From Utricularia gibba (Eukaryota; Plantae; Magnoliophyta), in contig CM007989.1 of NCBI GenBank assembly GCA_002189035.1, positions 2,914,001-2,978,000 on the forward strand: DNA of 64,000 nt. The letters run 5' to 3'. Numbering within the stretch: position 1 is the stretch's first letter; the number at the start of each line of letters is the position of its first letter. A program made the translations under genes and the position numbers. Of the stretch, positions 63,753 through 64,000 are shown one piece after another. The notes beneath the pieces are model-generated. The model was given only the letters and a program-made list of their open reading frames with translations, was not told the DNA's origin and searched no databases.

Positions 63753-64000
63753 CTACTTGGCATTGCCGCAACGCTGCAGCCGAGACCATGATGGAAGATG
63801 ATCCTTTGTTTGTGCAGCAGCGTCATGTTTAGATTCCGAGATACAATGTGGTTGCCCCTTTGAGTCGAGGAACAGGCACACAACTGCACAATCATCAATC
63901 TTTGCATTTGGATACTTGTATCTCCAAACCCTGATGGCTGAAGCGACAACCTTTCGAGCTGCAAGTGATCTTTTGGGGCAAGACTCCACAATCTTCACCA
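63753..64000 (-). CDS. Protein phosphatase 2C, 3' end of last exon (gene extends beyond the right edge)
   Basis: AARKVVASAIRVWRYKYPNAKIDDCAVVCLFLD contains the PP2C motif-11 DD(C/I)xVxC. Confidence 0.85.
   Translation of the reverse strand, partial: VKIVESCPKRSLAARKVVASAIRVWRYKYPNAKIDDCAVVCLFLDSKGQPHCISESKHDAAAQTKDHLPSWSRLQRCGNAK

Noticed and set aside
1-64000. Prokaryote-type features (CRISPR arrays, operons, rRNA, IS elements) and U12-type introns
   Set aside because: The sequence is intron-containing plant nuclear DNA and I saw no repeat-spacer array or rRNA. None of the splice donors I assigned carries the U12 RTATCCTT consensus. Three GC-AG introns (RPC8, D27, VHA-H) are within the normal range.

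Overview
Eukaryotic nuclear DNA from a flowering plant (eudicot) with a very compact genome. I could assemble 21 protein-coding genes exon by exon from GT/GC-AG sites and conserved protein motifs, two of them cut by the window edges, plus one tRNA-Glu(UUC). That is about one gene per 3 kb, with most introns 70-110 nt. In order: katanin p60 (exon 1 only), RNA Pol III subunit RPC8, uridine-kinase-like P-loop NTPase, D27 carotene isomerase, VTE3, tRNA-Glu, JmjC protein (JMJ31-like), IDD zinc finger, NEK kinase, RNase H1, MCCA, a conserved unknown protein, CYP86A, FAP1, FZL, M1 aminopeptidase, CHX antiporter, ALKBH6, VHA-H, a CYP71-clan P450, LCAT3 and a PP2C 3' end. I found no convincing new biological system. 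The most notable observations are: a 19/5/12-nt microexon chain in the aminopeptidase active-site loop; a dead tandem exon copy in VHA-H; a candidate orphan gene with its own promoter motifs; a tRNA 91 nt behind the VTE3 stop; a MITE-like element; and six single-base deletions in G/C runs that break five otherwise intact genes, which I read as probable assembly errors rather than pseudogenes. Family assignments come from recalled protein sequences, not from a database search.
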